DNA of 64,000 bases. Origin: Zancudomyces culisetae HAW-14-8. Taxonomy: Eukaryota > Fungi > Kickxellomycota. The position numbers were made by a program, and so were the translations under genes. Positions within the stretch are counted from its first letter, which is position 1. Every line of letters begins with the position of its first letter. Of this stretch, positions 21,271 through 34,185 are shown piece by piece. Location of the stretch: contig JBNJNM010000013.1 of NCBI GenBank assembly GCA_052426225.1, positions 496,001-560,000 on the forward strand. The letters are read 5' to 3'. Below the pieces are notes generated by a model, which was given only the letters and a program-made list of their open reading frames with translations, had not been told where the DNA came from and did not search any database.

Positions 21271-24200
21271 ATGAGACAAAAAAAAAGAGAAAGGAATTTG
21301 CTTGGAGGAAGAGTTTTTTGTTTAAGCGGATTTGTTGACGAGAAAAAGGTACCATAGATTCTTTTTTGATGAAATCATATTGTGTATTGATTGTTGCAAT
21401 ACCATTAAATAATAAGGAAAAGAGGAATAAGAGGAATTTAGAGCTGCTTATTTTGGTTAAAAGTTCGATAGACTGAGCAAAACCCAATTCGTTACTAAAC
21501 TAAAACATATTCAAAATAGAATGAATTGGCAAAAAGAATATCAAGATTAGGTGGAAAGTGCGAAAGCCTACTAACAAAGAATGTAGATGCCTTAATAACA
21601 AAGAACTCTATGAGATCCGAAAAATGCAGGGTAAAATATCGATTCTTCACTTCTCACATCTCTAATAACACCAATACTCGACTCGATAATACATTTATTC
21701 ATTATTGCTCAGTTTACGAATATTTAATGATAAACTTGGTTAAACTGCAGGATAGTTGTAATGTATGATTGTTATTGTTTTTATAGATGGCATCCATAGC
21801 TCAGATACCAGTTGTAGACGAAAATTTTATTGATGCATGTGAAAAATGGAATGAAAACGGTTCAGGAATGATAAAGCGAAGATCAAACGTATTCTTAAGT
21901 TCAGACGACATTGCGGATTATTCTGAACCTAAACTTTCTTGCAGTGAGTTTTTGGAGGTAAGAAATGATAAAACATGCTATGTATTTTATGCTGTTAACA
22001 TATAGTGTTTCACTTAAAATGAAATTATATACAAAATGATATTTCTAATATAGTTGATTGAGAGTTCAAGATTGAAAATATTCTCGGGATGTAAAATAAG
22101 TGTAACAGGGTTTGACCTTGAGGAGCGAGGATTGATAGAAAAAGTGGTTCTAGAAAACGGAGGAGAGTACTGGCCCAATATGACCAAAGAGTGTACCCAT
22201 CTGGTTGCCAAAACTACTAGTGGTGCCAAGTTTGAGTACGCAAGTTTATGGGAACTCGAAATTGTTTCGGTAGAGTGGATAGCAGATAGTGTCAAAAGCA
22301 AAAGTAATAAAAAATATATACCTATATCTATATCTATATATTCCTCCACAGACTAGCACAATCGATATTCAGCTATTCATAAGGTTTAAAATTTAAGTTT
22401 TATAACGACTAAAAAATATACATACACGCAACTAGTTTGCAGAGATGAACGCGAATACAAAGTTGTGGATGAGCGATACAATATACTGCGAGGATCAAGT
22501 AAGGATAACAATGCATATGTCGCGGAGACTGCCAAAGAGAATACGGAAAGAAAGTCGCGAAAGGTGGATAGTATACGTAAAGAAAGGGCGTTACGGAGCC
22601 ATAGCACGAGCAAATCTGAAAGTAGAGGGTTTAAGCTGCACAACTTCAAGCGGAACATGAGTAGTAATATTGAAGAATATTCAGAACTAAAACCCTTTAA
22701 CGATGTGGTGGTATACCTCAGCTTTTCTGGTTTTGATGATACAAAGATTTTGAAGTGGCGAGTAAATATTCATGAAATGGGAGGTGAGATTAGCGATTTG
22801 GATAAATTTGATGGAAAGTGTATACACTTGGAAAAACAGATTGTAGTTGTATTTGGAAAATCGGACGAAATAAGTAGCAGAAAGCTGAAAATGATAGCGG
22901 AGACATTTGGAGAAATAAAGGTTGTGCGGGAATCATGGCTAGCCGAATGTATCGAAACACAGAGATATGCGGAGGAAGAGATTCATGAAGTCCATATAAA
23001 AGACGAACATGTACAAGGTTTAGAAGATGTAGATGTAAATGTAGATGTAGGTGTAGATGTAAATGTAGATGTAGGTGTAGATGTAGATGGCGTAAATGGC
23101 GTAGAGTTACAGTTCAAAGACGATTCTAGAGAAAGAAGCAGGGATAATGAAGCTGATTCCTGGAAATGTGCGGATAACCTGAATGGAAATCCTCAAATGA
23201 GTATCAAAAGAGAATCTGAAAATTTGAATACCAAATTAAACACGAACCCTCTTTCGCCCACTGCTCTAGACTTGCCGAAAACTCTTAAAAAAGAGAAGAG
23301 TAAGAGGCCGTTTAGAACAAATGACATATTGGAAATTCGTGAAAAATCTGCAAAAAAGATAAAACTCGAAATTGAAGAGCCAACTGCAGAAGATTTGAGA
23401 GAAAATATGGGCGAACTATTCAGGGGGATAATGTTTGTAAGTATAGGATGGACAGGCAACAAAGAAGATTTGATACGAGAACTTATTGAAAAACAAAGCG
23501 GGGTTCTGGTTAATATTCGACAGCTGATAGTAAGGATATGTGGAGAAAAGGGAGTGGAAATAGCAACGAAAAGTGAGATAGAGCTTTTAAATCAAGAGCT
23601 GGCATCCTTTGTAGATAAGGCAGTGCTCAAGTATGGTACCAGGGTGGTGTGTGTTATTTCTCCACTTAAAGGGTTTGCTAATTATGAGCAAATGCGGAAA
23701 AGTTGGGAAACCCAGATGGATAATACGCAGCTACACCAGCAACAGTTCTACTGGGTAACTGAGTGTTGGCTAGAGAGGAGCATCGATGACCAAAAACTGT
23801 ATCCCTTTCCTCAGCAAATGATTTTTGCCGGAGAAAAACGATGCGATACAAGAGAAAAACACTTACCAGTACGAGTACTGTTCACTCCCCTTACTGTACT
23901 GCAAAAGGAGGCACTTAAATCAAAGAAATGGAGATTTAGCGTCAGTGGGTACGAGGGAGTCGAGAGACACCACATTGGTCGACTTTGTGAGTATTTACAA
24001 GTAGATTACAGCGAAACATTTAGCAAAAAAACAACACATCTGATATGCAAGCCACCCTTTACAGGACCTAAGTATGAACGGGGGCTTAAATGGGGAACAT
24101 TGGTAATGAGTGCTGATGCATTCTATCAGTTGGTTATCGACAGCAGCCCATCAGTCGCTGAAGAGAAAATTTCCACAAAGACTCCCATAAAAACTGAACA

Positions 24201-25722
24201 GGACTTACCCATGAAATTATCTAGCACTGGTAAGATCTGTAAAATAGACTTACGAAGCAATACACTGGAAGAAAGAAAATATAACATGTTGTGTGACGAT
24301 CAGCAGAAACCCGAGGAAACACCAACAAAGATACTGGAGCAAAAGGTAAGCCCTATGGTTCCATCAAGGTGTGTCAAGCCAGAACATGCTGCTCCACTAA
24401 TTGAAAGTGGAGGTGTAGTTGTAATAAACGACGAGAACATGCACGCCCAGTTATTAGAACGGGAGCCTCTCAAAAACGCTTTCCATACACCCTTGATGGA
24501 CCCTCTCGTTAAAAAGACAGAGAAGAGTTATGGTTTAACCACCGGGAATGCGAATGAAAAAATGCAAACAGATTTGGGAAGCTCCCTGCTCAAACGAAAA
24601 AGCCTCACAAAAAGCGAAATACAACCAAGTAGTACTAGCGCAACAAAACTCAAAAGCCCTCCCTCTATAGGCCATCAGAACACCATCATGGGGAGCCTGA
24701 TGTTTGGGACACCAGGACTAACGCCGTTGGCTGAGAGCCTGGATAAAAACATTGATGCAGCGTTTGGAAATGCCAGAAAGGGGTTCCAGGTGTTTAAACC
24801 GCCAAGTGAAAAGCTAAAAGGTACAATTGACCAGGAGATGGAATCACTTGTGACCCCAACCAAACCGGTAAATAACCAGTCAGCTATGGACATACTAAAA
24901 GGTGTAGTGATAACGGTTTCTACCCGGTTACAATCCTCACAACAGAACCTTGAGACCCTGGCTAGGAGCCTCGGTGCACAAACCATTTCAGTCAATGAGG
25001 CCATAAACAACCTGAGTCTCAATACCAAAGGGTTGCCATTGGCTACACATTTAATACATCAAAGTACTAAACAACAAGACTATTTGAGAGAGGTAAGATG
25101 GGCCAAGAAAAACAATTTATTTATAGTAAGTCCATTTTGGCTTTACTCATGTAACAAATATCGCTTCAGGGTTGATGAGAATCTGTTTGGTTCTCAATAT
25201 GGAACAGAAAAATTGATGCTCGTGGAAAGCCGAAATGCTGTCAATAAAAATAACAGTGGCGGAGATGGTGGTGATACCAGTAACAGTACCAACCGCAACA
25301 ACAATGGTGAGGTGAAACCGTTTGCTACCCGCGATCAACCCACCACGTTAAATGATCAAAGTTCCATTTTGGAGTTGGATATTTTGGATTATTATATCAA
25401 AAATTCAGAGCCTCCAACAGCAAACAACAATAATAGCAACCAAAACACCAAAAATGCCGAAACCCTTTATGATGACACAAACGGTGAGTGCAGTGATGCA
25501 ATCCTGGCGAATATTGGCAACAGGGCAGATTCTAGAAAGTCGGCGCTATCCCATCCATTTCCTACATCTGACTCTACCTCTAAAACTCCCAAAAACAAAA
25601 AACAGACATCATCTACATCAATGACATCCAACTCCTCTACAGACTACAAAAAAAACTATATTTTAGTGGAAGATGAAGAAGGAAACCAGGTCCGAGAGCG
25701 TCTATTAAATTCCTACAAATAG
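21271..25722 (+). CDS. TopBP1/Rad4(Cut5)/Dpb11-like multi-BRCT checkpoint and replication scaffold, 5 exons
   Basis: Exons 21271-21348, 21520-21630, 21788-21957, 22054-22303 and 22436-25722 join in frame. Six BRCT-like units are visible (LLGGRVFCLSGF; IFSGCKISVTGF...THLV...VSVEWIADS; PFNDVVV...VRESWLAECI; LFRGIMF...VTECWLERSI; FSVSGYEG...THLIC; ILKGVVITVS...IVSPFWLYSC). Confidence 0.85.
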
Positions 25723-27095
25723 CCGTTTTATTTTTTCAATATCCTGGAGAGTTTCCATTGGATCCATTACGCTTTGATCGTAGTAAAACTCGCAGAATCC
25801 TGAAAAATCCAACCCACGGTTTTTGGTGCCATACCTGCCTATCAGCTGCCTCAGCTGTGCGCTGATCACTGGATTTCCGCCTACTTTGTATTTCCCTTTC
25901 ATTGCTGCTACCATGTCCAAATTGGCAGAGGAGACAGGAGAACTCCCCTCTGGTTGGTTTACAAAGTAAATATATCGTTCTAGTTCACCAATGTCCAGGA
26001 TGTCGTCTTTGTTTATATCAAATTTCTGGAACACACCTTCTAATACCGTGACTATTTGGATGCTGAGCCCATTCCTTTGCCTGTTGAATAGAATTGTGTT
26101 ATATTCTATATATCCTTCGCATTGCTTTTTCATTTCGAGCAACTCGTTGTGTATCTCATGGCTACTCGTTTTTCCGTTGTTGGTTCTACTCCCATTGCTG
26201 CTGCTACCAGCATTTATGCTTCCCTCCTGGATCTTTAGTTGGCTTTGCATGCAATACTCCAGAGAATCATCCACCATTCCCTGGTTTTGGTGATAGCTAT
26301 AGTATATCCCTAGTCCAATTTCGACAAATACCAACGCCTCTTCGTATTTTCCCAGAATAAAACAAACGCATGCCAAGAGTTGGAAACACTCAATTTCCCA
26401 TGGATAATACTCTATTTGTATTTTAAAGCAGATATTATTTGTTAATACGGCTATTGTTGATTCATCTCGTTTTTTGTATTTCGTATTTCGTAAAGCCACC
26501 GGTTCAAAAAGCGAAAAAAAAAAATAAGGATACGATTCTGATTGACTTACCGAGCAAATCTATAATCCTTTTTACACAACTCTCCACTCTATTTTCAACC
26601 AACACACCATTGGTTATCAGCATTTCGTTTATTTGCAGCTTGATTTCATTGATTTCGTTAATTGCGTCCTGTGCTCTTGCTGGGTTGTTGCTGTACACTT
26701 TCAAATACCGTGCCTGATAGATTTGTTTGGAACCTACGGCCTGAACGCTGAAATTTTCACTGGGATGTATTTTTATGACGTTTGCCTTAGTTAGAACCCT
26801 ATAATAATACTCTGAATCTCCAAAATCGATCTTACTCCGTCTATATTGTATTTTCGTCGTTTAAAACCCATTAGTCAAACCACAAGTGGTAAATATTATC
26901 ATAGCAATATATAAAACAAACTACAATGCATGTTTAAATAAAAGAATTAGTAACTCGTTACTCTTTCCAAATTGTGTCCTGATTTAACTTGGTATACATT
27001 TCCCTACATGTCTGCATTGCAGCGAGCGTTTCGTTCAGAGTCAATTCGGAGACTATTTGCTTTAGTATCTCTACGGGTAAATCCACAAAATTCAT
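25705..27095 (-). CDS. F-box + TPR-like + EF-hand protein, 3 exons
   Basis: Exon 1 27095-26962 (MNFVDLPVEILKQIVSELTLNETLAAMQTCREMY...DTIWKE) is an F-box. Exon 2 is 26840-26551. Exon 3 26411-25705 has a TPR-like ECFQLLACVCFILGKYEEALVFVEIGL, a canonical EF-hand loop DINKDDILDIGE and a degenerate second hand (GLDFSGFCEFY). Confidence 0.8.
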
Positions 27096-28807
27096 TTTTT
27101 TCCCTCTCCGTCTCTAATCTCTTTATGTTTTATATGCTGCTGGTATATACAAATCGATTTTCTATAATATTTTCACTTTATGATATCGCTATGCCCTTTT
27201 TTCCTCAAAGCCTGTCTTAGCCTTTGAACATTAATGTATACACATCATACACTTACAACTGTTTAAAAAAAAAAATTTTTTTTCAAGCGATACGGCCAAT
27301 AATTTTATCGCAGATTTTTGATTGTACCAAATAATTCGCCATGCTAACAACCTCGATCGAACTTCACGAAAAGGGACCAATACTGAATTTTTTTCAATCT
27401 TATGTATTGCTGTGTATACATAATCACCAATTCATATTCTTGCCCTAACTCTAGTATATTATCGATTATGGTGATGGACAGAAGACAAAAAAATCCTAAC
27501 TCCAGTATTTTTTTCGCTATGATTAAATATCATCTTCAAGTTGGTATGACATTTCTCCCAGCCAAAGAGAGTATTTCCAAACATAAACTCCATTGAGTAT
27601 TTTTTTTGCAGTTTTCTTTATCTTAAAATCATGCAAGCGTATACTGAATTCTATTTCCTATTTTTAACTATGTATAGAACATTGTTAGAGGCGTATAATT
27701 CTACTTCGCTGAGTAAGTATAAACTCAAAATGATGAGAAAATAGACCATCTGACCTCCAAGATGACTCCGCAAATATAAATGTTTAAATGGTATGTCATA
27801 ATTCAACCACGAGCAATTTTTTAAACATCTGCTCTTTGGGGGTTTGGAAATTTATTCTAGATCATTTAATCTACATCGCCACACATAAGCTTTGTTCTTG
27901 AAACATCACATCATGGATGTTCTTAGTTCAAGGAGGAAAGATGGTGGTGGTGTGAAAAATGTCCTTGTTATATAATGTAATGTATTATTAACAACTCGAA
28001 TGTATTGAATACAAGTAAGAGGTTTTTTTTTTGGCTAATGGAATTTGTTTGGAATTGATTTGCTTTACTTGATACTCTGATGTAATTTCAAGTAGGCAGC
28101 TATAAAGGATACTAGGGAATCTGAGGCTTGTCTAGTTTTGTGTTTTGTGTTTTGTATATAAAAACTCAAATCAGACCATTTTTACTTGTCTTTTGTCTGG
28201 TGTTTCTGAATTGATTTTGTAATTGACTTTGTAGAGTTGTATTTAAAATGCGCGAGCATCCCACGCTAATAAAAAAAAAACACATACTTTCACGCGGAAT
28301 CCAGTCACACATAATTTGACTTTTGCAGATCTCGCTAAACAATTGGACTTTATTATTGGCATTATCCCAATAGTAATATTCCATTATTAAAGTTCAAGGT
28401 GCATAAAAAAGTAAAACATAGAGAGTTAATAAACCAGAAGGGAGTATGAGTAAGGGAACAAAACTCCTAAGTAGTGGTTATGAAACGAAAAGCCATTCCA
28501 CATTTATTTTGTTTTTTATATTTTTTGGAAAACGGTTCGTAAAGTAAGCGAAATGCCTTGTAAAAATAAACCGAATGGTGATTACAAATCTCGGCACATA
28601 AAATAAAGGGATGAAAGACAACCCATTTATGCTCCACTCCCATTTTATTTGGCATTTTCAGCTTTTTTTTTGTTTCAGAGTCATATAAAAGGTGGTTGTA
28701 GCTAATACGGTGTCCATTTTCATAACAAACTTTTTCGTAAAAATAAAAAAGTAATATCAAACGAACAAAACGGCAGATAGCCTCCAAGAAAAAACAGTTT
28801 AATAAAT

Positions 28808-29854
28808 ATGCCCGTCAGTGCAATGAGCGATGCCAACTTCCCTGTTGACGACCAGGGAAGGACTTACCACGTCGAATGCAAGCACGGAGACAGTAAGCCT
28901 TTCTTCAATTTATTTATGTTTTTGTAGTAAACAGCATTCAAATTTGTAAAACCCTCGCGCAAATAAGGTGAATAATGTAAAATTAACGTGCCTTTATTTA
29001 ATTTTTTTTGATATAACTCGCTGTTTATAGTTGCAAACCGCCTTGTCACAGTTGGAGACCCAGCAAGAGCAAGACTAATGGCCAAAAAGTTTGACAAAAT
29101 TGTCTTTGAGCATTCTTCTCATAGAGGATTCCTTATTATCACTGGTATATATAGAGGGGTACCAATAACCGTTGTGTCTATTGGAATGGGTTTATCTATG
29201 ATGGATTTCTTTGTGAGGGAGGTGCGTGCAGTTGTTGATGGTCCATTGGTTATAATTAGATTCGGATCATGTGGATCTATCTGTGACGCTCAACCAGGAA
29301 ACATCATCGTTGCCGATAGTGCATATGGTATTATGAGAAACTATGACCACTTCACCAATCCTGCAAAGAAGAATGAGGAGCCATACATCATTACCGACAA
29401 AGTTCCAGCCGACTCAGCACTCACAAAGAATCTGACAGAGAAACTAAAGGGATTTATGGGTGATGATAAGGTGTTTGTAGGCGCTAACGGATGTGCAGAT
29501 TCATTTTATGGCAGTCAAGGCCGTTTAGGCTCCCATTTCAGGGACGAAAACACAGGCCTGATCCAAAGACTCAAAAAGACATATTCTGATGCCGTATCAC
29601 TGGAGATGGAGGCTCACATGCTTTACCATCTAGCAGCAGCATCTACTGATGGAGAGGGAAATCCAACGATCAGGGCTGCATGTGCCATTATAGTATTTGC
29701 AGGAAGAAACGGGAATACCTTTATCACACCTGAGCAATCTGTAATTGCTGTCGAAAATTGTACAAAGTCTATTTTCGAGACCCTTTATGAAGACAACCTT
29801 GGTGGTGCCGAATTGCATCCTACCGAGGGTAGTGTGTGGGAGCACGCTGTTTAA
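28808..29854 (+). CDS. Uridine/purine nucleoside phosphorylase (PNP_UDP_1 family), 2 exons
   Basis: Exon 28808-28892 (ANFPVDDQGRTYHV) plus exon 29031-29854 (IANRLVTVGDPARA, SIGMG, IIRFGSCGS, ADSFYGSQGR, SLEME). Confidence 0.9.
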
Positions 29855-30539
29855 TCTTATTATCTCGAGTATGTTAACTTCTAAAACCTACACTTTTATT
29901 TTTTCTGTTTTTGCCTATATTTAGGCTTTTTAAAAAAACTCCGCAAAGTATACTTGCTATAATTTAAAAGAAAGCGTAAAATAGTACATTAATGACAGCA
30001 TGAGTAAGTGAAGGAGGTAGCACATCTCGAGTCGGCTAGGATGCTCCCTCCCTTTCTATCCTTTATTCATTGGCCCATATTCACCCACATTTGCTTTTAG
30101 CAGATCGAAAATGAACCAACCAGCCTGGTTTTGCATTCAGCTTTTGAAAAAGATATACTGTCTCATTCCATCCAATAGTTGTAACGAAAAAATTTTTTCT
30201 TTCCAGAAATGGGGTTATCTTCCCTCCCCCCCTCCCCCCAGGACCACAGAAAAAAAAGTGAAGGGACAATTCAACTCAGATTTGCAAGGGGAAATTAGAA
30301 GAAAATTTTTTTTTAAACCGCATCAATTTACGTTTCGGCTATAAATATGGCTTGAAAGTTTGGGTTGATATCCAGAACTTTTTTTTCAAGAATTAGCTTA
30401 TTAACTGTTTAACCCCTTGAGCACTTGGCGGACCACGACCCTTTTCCAGATAAAGTCTTTACTCATTGTAAATGTGGCCATCTTTTTTGAGATTTTCACA
30501 GATGAGATGGTGATAGTGTTACTGTCCCTAAAATTAAAG

Positions 30540-31010
30540 GCTGGTGTATGGTCTGTCTGCGGGCAGTCTTAGCAGCTAGAATCAAAAAAGGTAAGCGCCG
30601 GATATTTTAAACCGAACATAATAACTCTTTCATTTTGGAGGGTGATAGTTTTACTTTGTGATGATATATTTTCATGCACCACTCTAACTCGCAAGGCAAT
30701 CATTTGTCTCTGGTGTAAACTAGGGTCAAGTTTTTGTTTGTGTGCGGGTATGACGAGGATTTTACGAATATGCTGAATATTTGGACTACATTCTTCTCCG
30801 TAGTATACTAACCACAGCGTATAGCACTATATCGGCTGTTTTGATTAACCTTTGGTATGTTTGATATCATTGTAGGCACTCGTGGAATTCGTTTGTAATG
30901 CTTTTTTATTTCTGTTTAGACTACTAGAATATTTTCTCTCTTTTTTATATGTGTATTTTTATGTAGCCATGTTAATTTGGAACTAATATTTTTTAAAAAA
31001 AGCGTAATAA
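30540..31010 (+). ncRNA. Putative spliced non-coding snoRNA host transcript (ends approximate)
   Basis: Intron 30591 (GTAAGC) to 30817 (TACTAAC at 30806 plus CAG), a 37-nt exon, then intron 30855 (GTATGT) to 30919 (TTTAG). The spliced product holds only a 26-codon ORF. Confidence 0.6.
30658..30776 (+). ncRNA. snR40: Intronic C/D box snoRNA, snR40/U32-like (guide for 18S Gm1271 yeast / Gm1328 human)
   Basis: C box GTGATGA at 30658. Guide CATGCACCAC (30673-30682) is complementary to the conserved 18S sequence GUGGUGCAUG. D' CTAA at 30684, C' ATGACGA at 30750, D CTGA at 30773. The +5 rule lands on the G of GUGG*UGCAUG. Confidence 0.8.
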
Positions 31011-34000
31011 AAGCTATCTGAATCTAAATGTCTGGCTGAACATCTCAAATATATAGTAATTAGCTTTTATATTAAATGTACTACGTATATGAATAGTTTG
31101 GTGTAAAAATCGAGCAAGTGAACCTCTTTTTTAGTTTTAACTCCACCACCACCATCTCTTTCTCCTACTGGTATGCAGTGCGTTAGTGGTACTTTTGTGT
31201 GTTAACCATACATTTATTCCCCATTTTCTATACAACTGGGATCAAACTTTATCAGACACTTTGAGCCTACATCGATTTACAGAAAAGATGCTCAAGAGCA
31301 ATGAGCAAATTGATAGTATTCGAGTCTCCTATATGTAAACATATTAGTTGGAGGGGGAAAAACACAGAGTTAAAATATACAAGAAAAAACGAATCAGTTC
31401 ATCCACCCCTTTTCATTGTATGAGGAAGTGGTTTCCGTTAATGGCAGAGTAACAAACTCAAATGATTAGCAAAAAGTCAGACCTGTATCACGTCTAATCG
31501 TATTTTTGTTTTTCCCAATAAATATTTGGCTTTAATGGGTGAGAAACAGGTATACTTTGGGTATATTCAAATAAAAACGCGTTAATATTGACTAGGCTTC
31601 TGGGTAGTGTGTATTGTAGTAAAGATGTTGATAGCTCCGCTATACTATTCTTCACAGAATATCATTTATTTTCTACAATTGTATCTAATCACCTGAGTGG
31701 GTTTGAATATGTTAGCTTTTCAGTATAGCCCAAACATATCTTCTTTTACCCTCCCCCCTCCCTTTTACCCTTTATTTGATCCCGCTACAATAAAAAGAAA
31801 ATGTGATGTATTGCTTGAAACAGAAATCGTTTGTGTTGGAGGAATGGGTGAGGATTATATAAAACATCGTCTTTCTGAAACTCTTATACACAGGCCAGCT
31901 CATCAAAGTATTGGTATTAACACGTCTGCCGTTAAATAAACGAGTTAATATCCAGATGGTAACATCATTTTTTTCCGTTACAGCTTAACAATACGCCGAT
32001 TGTTGAAAAGAAACAAGAAACTGGTTAATTTTTTGCTAATATTATACGTGCTAGTTTTGTATGTGACAAGGCAATGGAAGCTAGCGTGTAAAATAAGTAA
32101 CATTGTGTCGCTTAATCAATGAGATAACAGAGATTGGTTTCTCTCCAGCAATTAACACGTTAATTGCAACATTTTTCAAAAGCAGTAACAATCAATGGAT
32201 CGATAGCTACATTCAGTATATATATCATACAAACCATGTCCTTATTTCCAACTTTGGTCGAAAGCGAGTCAGAGATTCACATAATTTTCAGGTTTCTAAG
32301 GCCCAACCTGCGTTTTTTCTCAGTACAAAACCATCAACTGTATTAACGAATAAGCGCTGAAAACATTAAATTACTTTTACCACCCATCATATCTTCCTCT
32401 CTCACCTCACCTCACCTCTCCCCTCCCTTCCTAGAGCACCTGGGCTACATTTGTTTTGACTCATTTACTGCTTATTTTTAGAAAAAATGAGCCTGTTGAA
32501 TGCATTTTCAAGGCAGAAAAAAGGCGTTAGCATTCTCAAATTAAAACGGGAAAGCCTTCTACTAATTTTACCTACAGCTTTTTTCGGGAAGAGGAGTCAC
32601 TAAAACAAACAATCAATTGCATTTCTACCTCAATCAAAAACCATGTTTGGAAACTTCATGATGGATTAAAACCCGATTGAAAAGTACAAACAAGACCCAT
32701 CTGCAGACTTGTAGTAATGAATGTTATTAAAAAAAATCGATAAGACTTAAACTAAAGTTGCAGAAAGCAGCAGTATTTCCTATTGGACATTAGAAGCTCG
32801 AATTTATTTCGGTCATAACAATCAACAGTATCACGAGACAAGTATTTTTATTATCAAGTCAGGTATCTGGTAATAGTAGTTATGTGCATTATACTCCCCC
32901 CATTATATCCCCAAAATGCTTAGCATAACCTCAAAAATCGATTGCGAACTACATTTTGAACAAATGGCAAATTTAACATTGTTTTTTCTCGTTTTGTTGG
33001 CATGGTTCGATTACATAATCCTCGCTACCCGCTGCCCAACCTTAATGCCACCAGGGCATTACTTTGTTCCTGTTTTTGATTGCTTATCTCCACTAATAAG
33101 CAGCTAATCATCAAGCATACAAAGTTCTTTTTTTTCCACAAAGTGAGCTTTTTGGCGCAAAACATAAGATCAATTCGTCATTAAATACCAGAAAAGCTTG
33201 TTTTGTTTGGGATAGAGAAAATAAAGAGGGGGAGGGAGGGAATGCGGTTTTCATATAAATTAAAGCTAGACATAGTCGCTCAGAAATGCACATATTCCAC
33301 CCATCACTTTGTTTTTGCCAAATTTCCACCATGCTTTCCTCCAAACTCTCCCCCCCATCCAAATTTAGGACACAAAAAGAAACATAGATAATATTTTTAG
33401 CGGATTAAATGAAAATTAAAGCCGGGTTTGTGTTACGGAATATTGAAATGCAAACCATTTGCCGAGATTCCATCGATTAAAGCACTCCAATATGACTAAA
33501 TATGTGTAGTTTATGTGCGCAACCGATTTTTTGCATTACTATTTCAGCAATTATCGACAATAATAAAAATCGATCTAAAAAACCAAAGCTGAATCAGTTA
33601 AAGCAACATCTATTTTCTCGTTACAAAGATTTACATGAATAGTTTACCAATTAGTATCTAGAAATGTTACATAAGGCGGTTAGGGCTTTTCTGTTTACAA
33701 AGTTGGGATACAAATAAATGGAGTGACCATTTGAACTAAACCAAAAAAATATATAAATAGTGCATTTAACCAACATTAGAGGCTGATGATTGTACAAGAT
33801 CCTAGCAATTACTGTAGTTACGAGTACTATAAAGATTTAGTTAACCACACATACAAAGATGATAATTTCATACAAAGTGTCTAAAAAGAGGCAAACTAAG
33901 CAGAGAGCAAAACATATCATAATACAATAGTCAAGTGCTAGTGTAGAAGTGCTTGCGAATCAAAAATAGAAAATACATATATATAATACATATATACTTA

Positions 34001-34185
34001 CAATATATTTAAAAGTCAAAAATATTCCACACACATCAGTAAACTATTGCAAACTAAAGTGTTTTGGTTCAAAAGTCATATCTCGAAGCCAAAAGTACAT
34101 TATTAGGGTTCAGAAGTCTGAGTTACAAAAAAAGAAAAGAAATTGAACGATTAAACAATTAAACAATTAAACAGCGTATATAAGC

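Noticed and set aside
26525-26533. GTATCCTTA, a U12-like donor, in intron 2 of the F-box gene
   Set aside because: No TCCTTAAC branch site; a perfect GTAAGT donor just upstream works in frame.
27730-27770. ATGATGA-gaaaatagaccat-CTGA, resembling half of a C/D snoRNA
   Set aside because: No terminal D box at a plausible distance, and the guide matches 18S only imperfectly.
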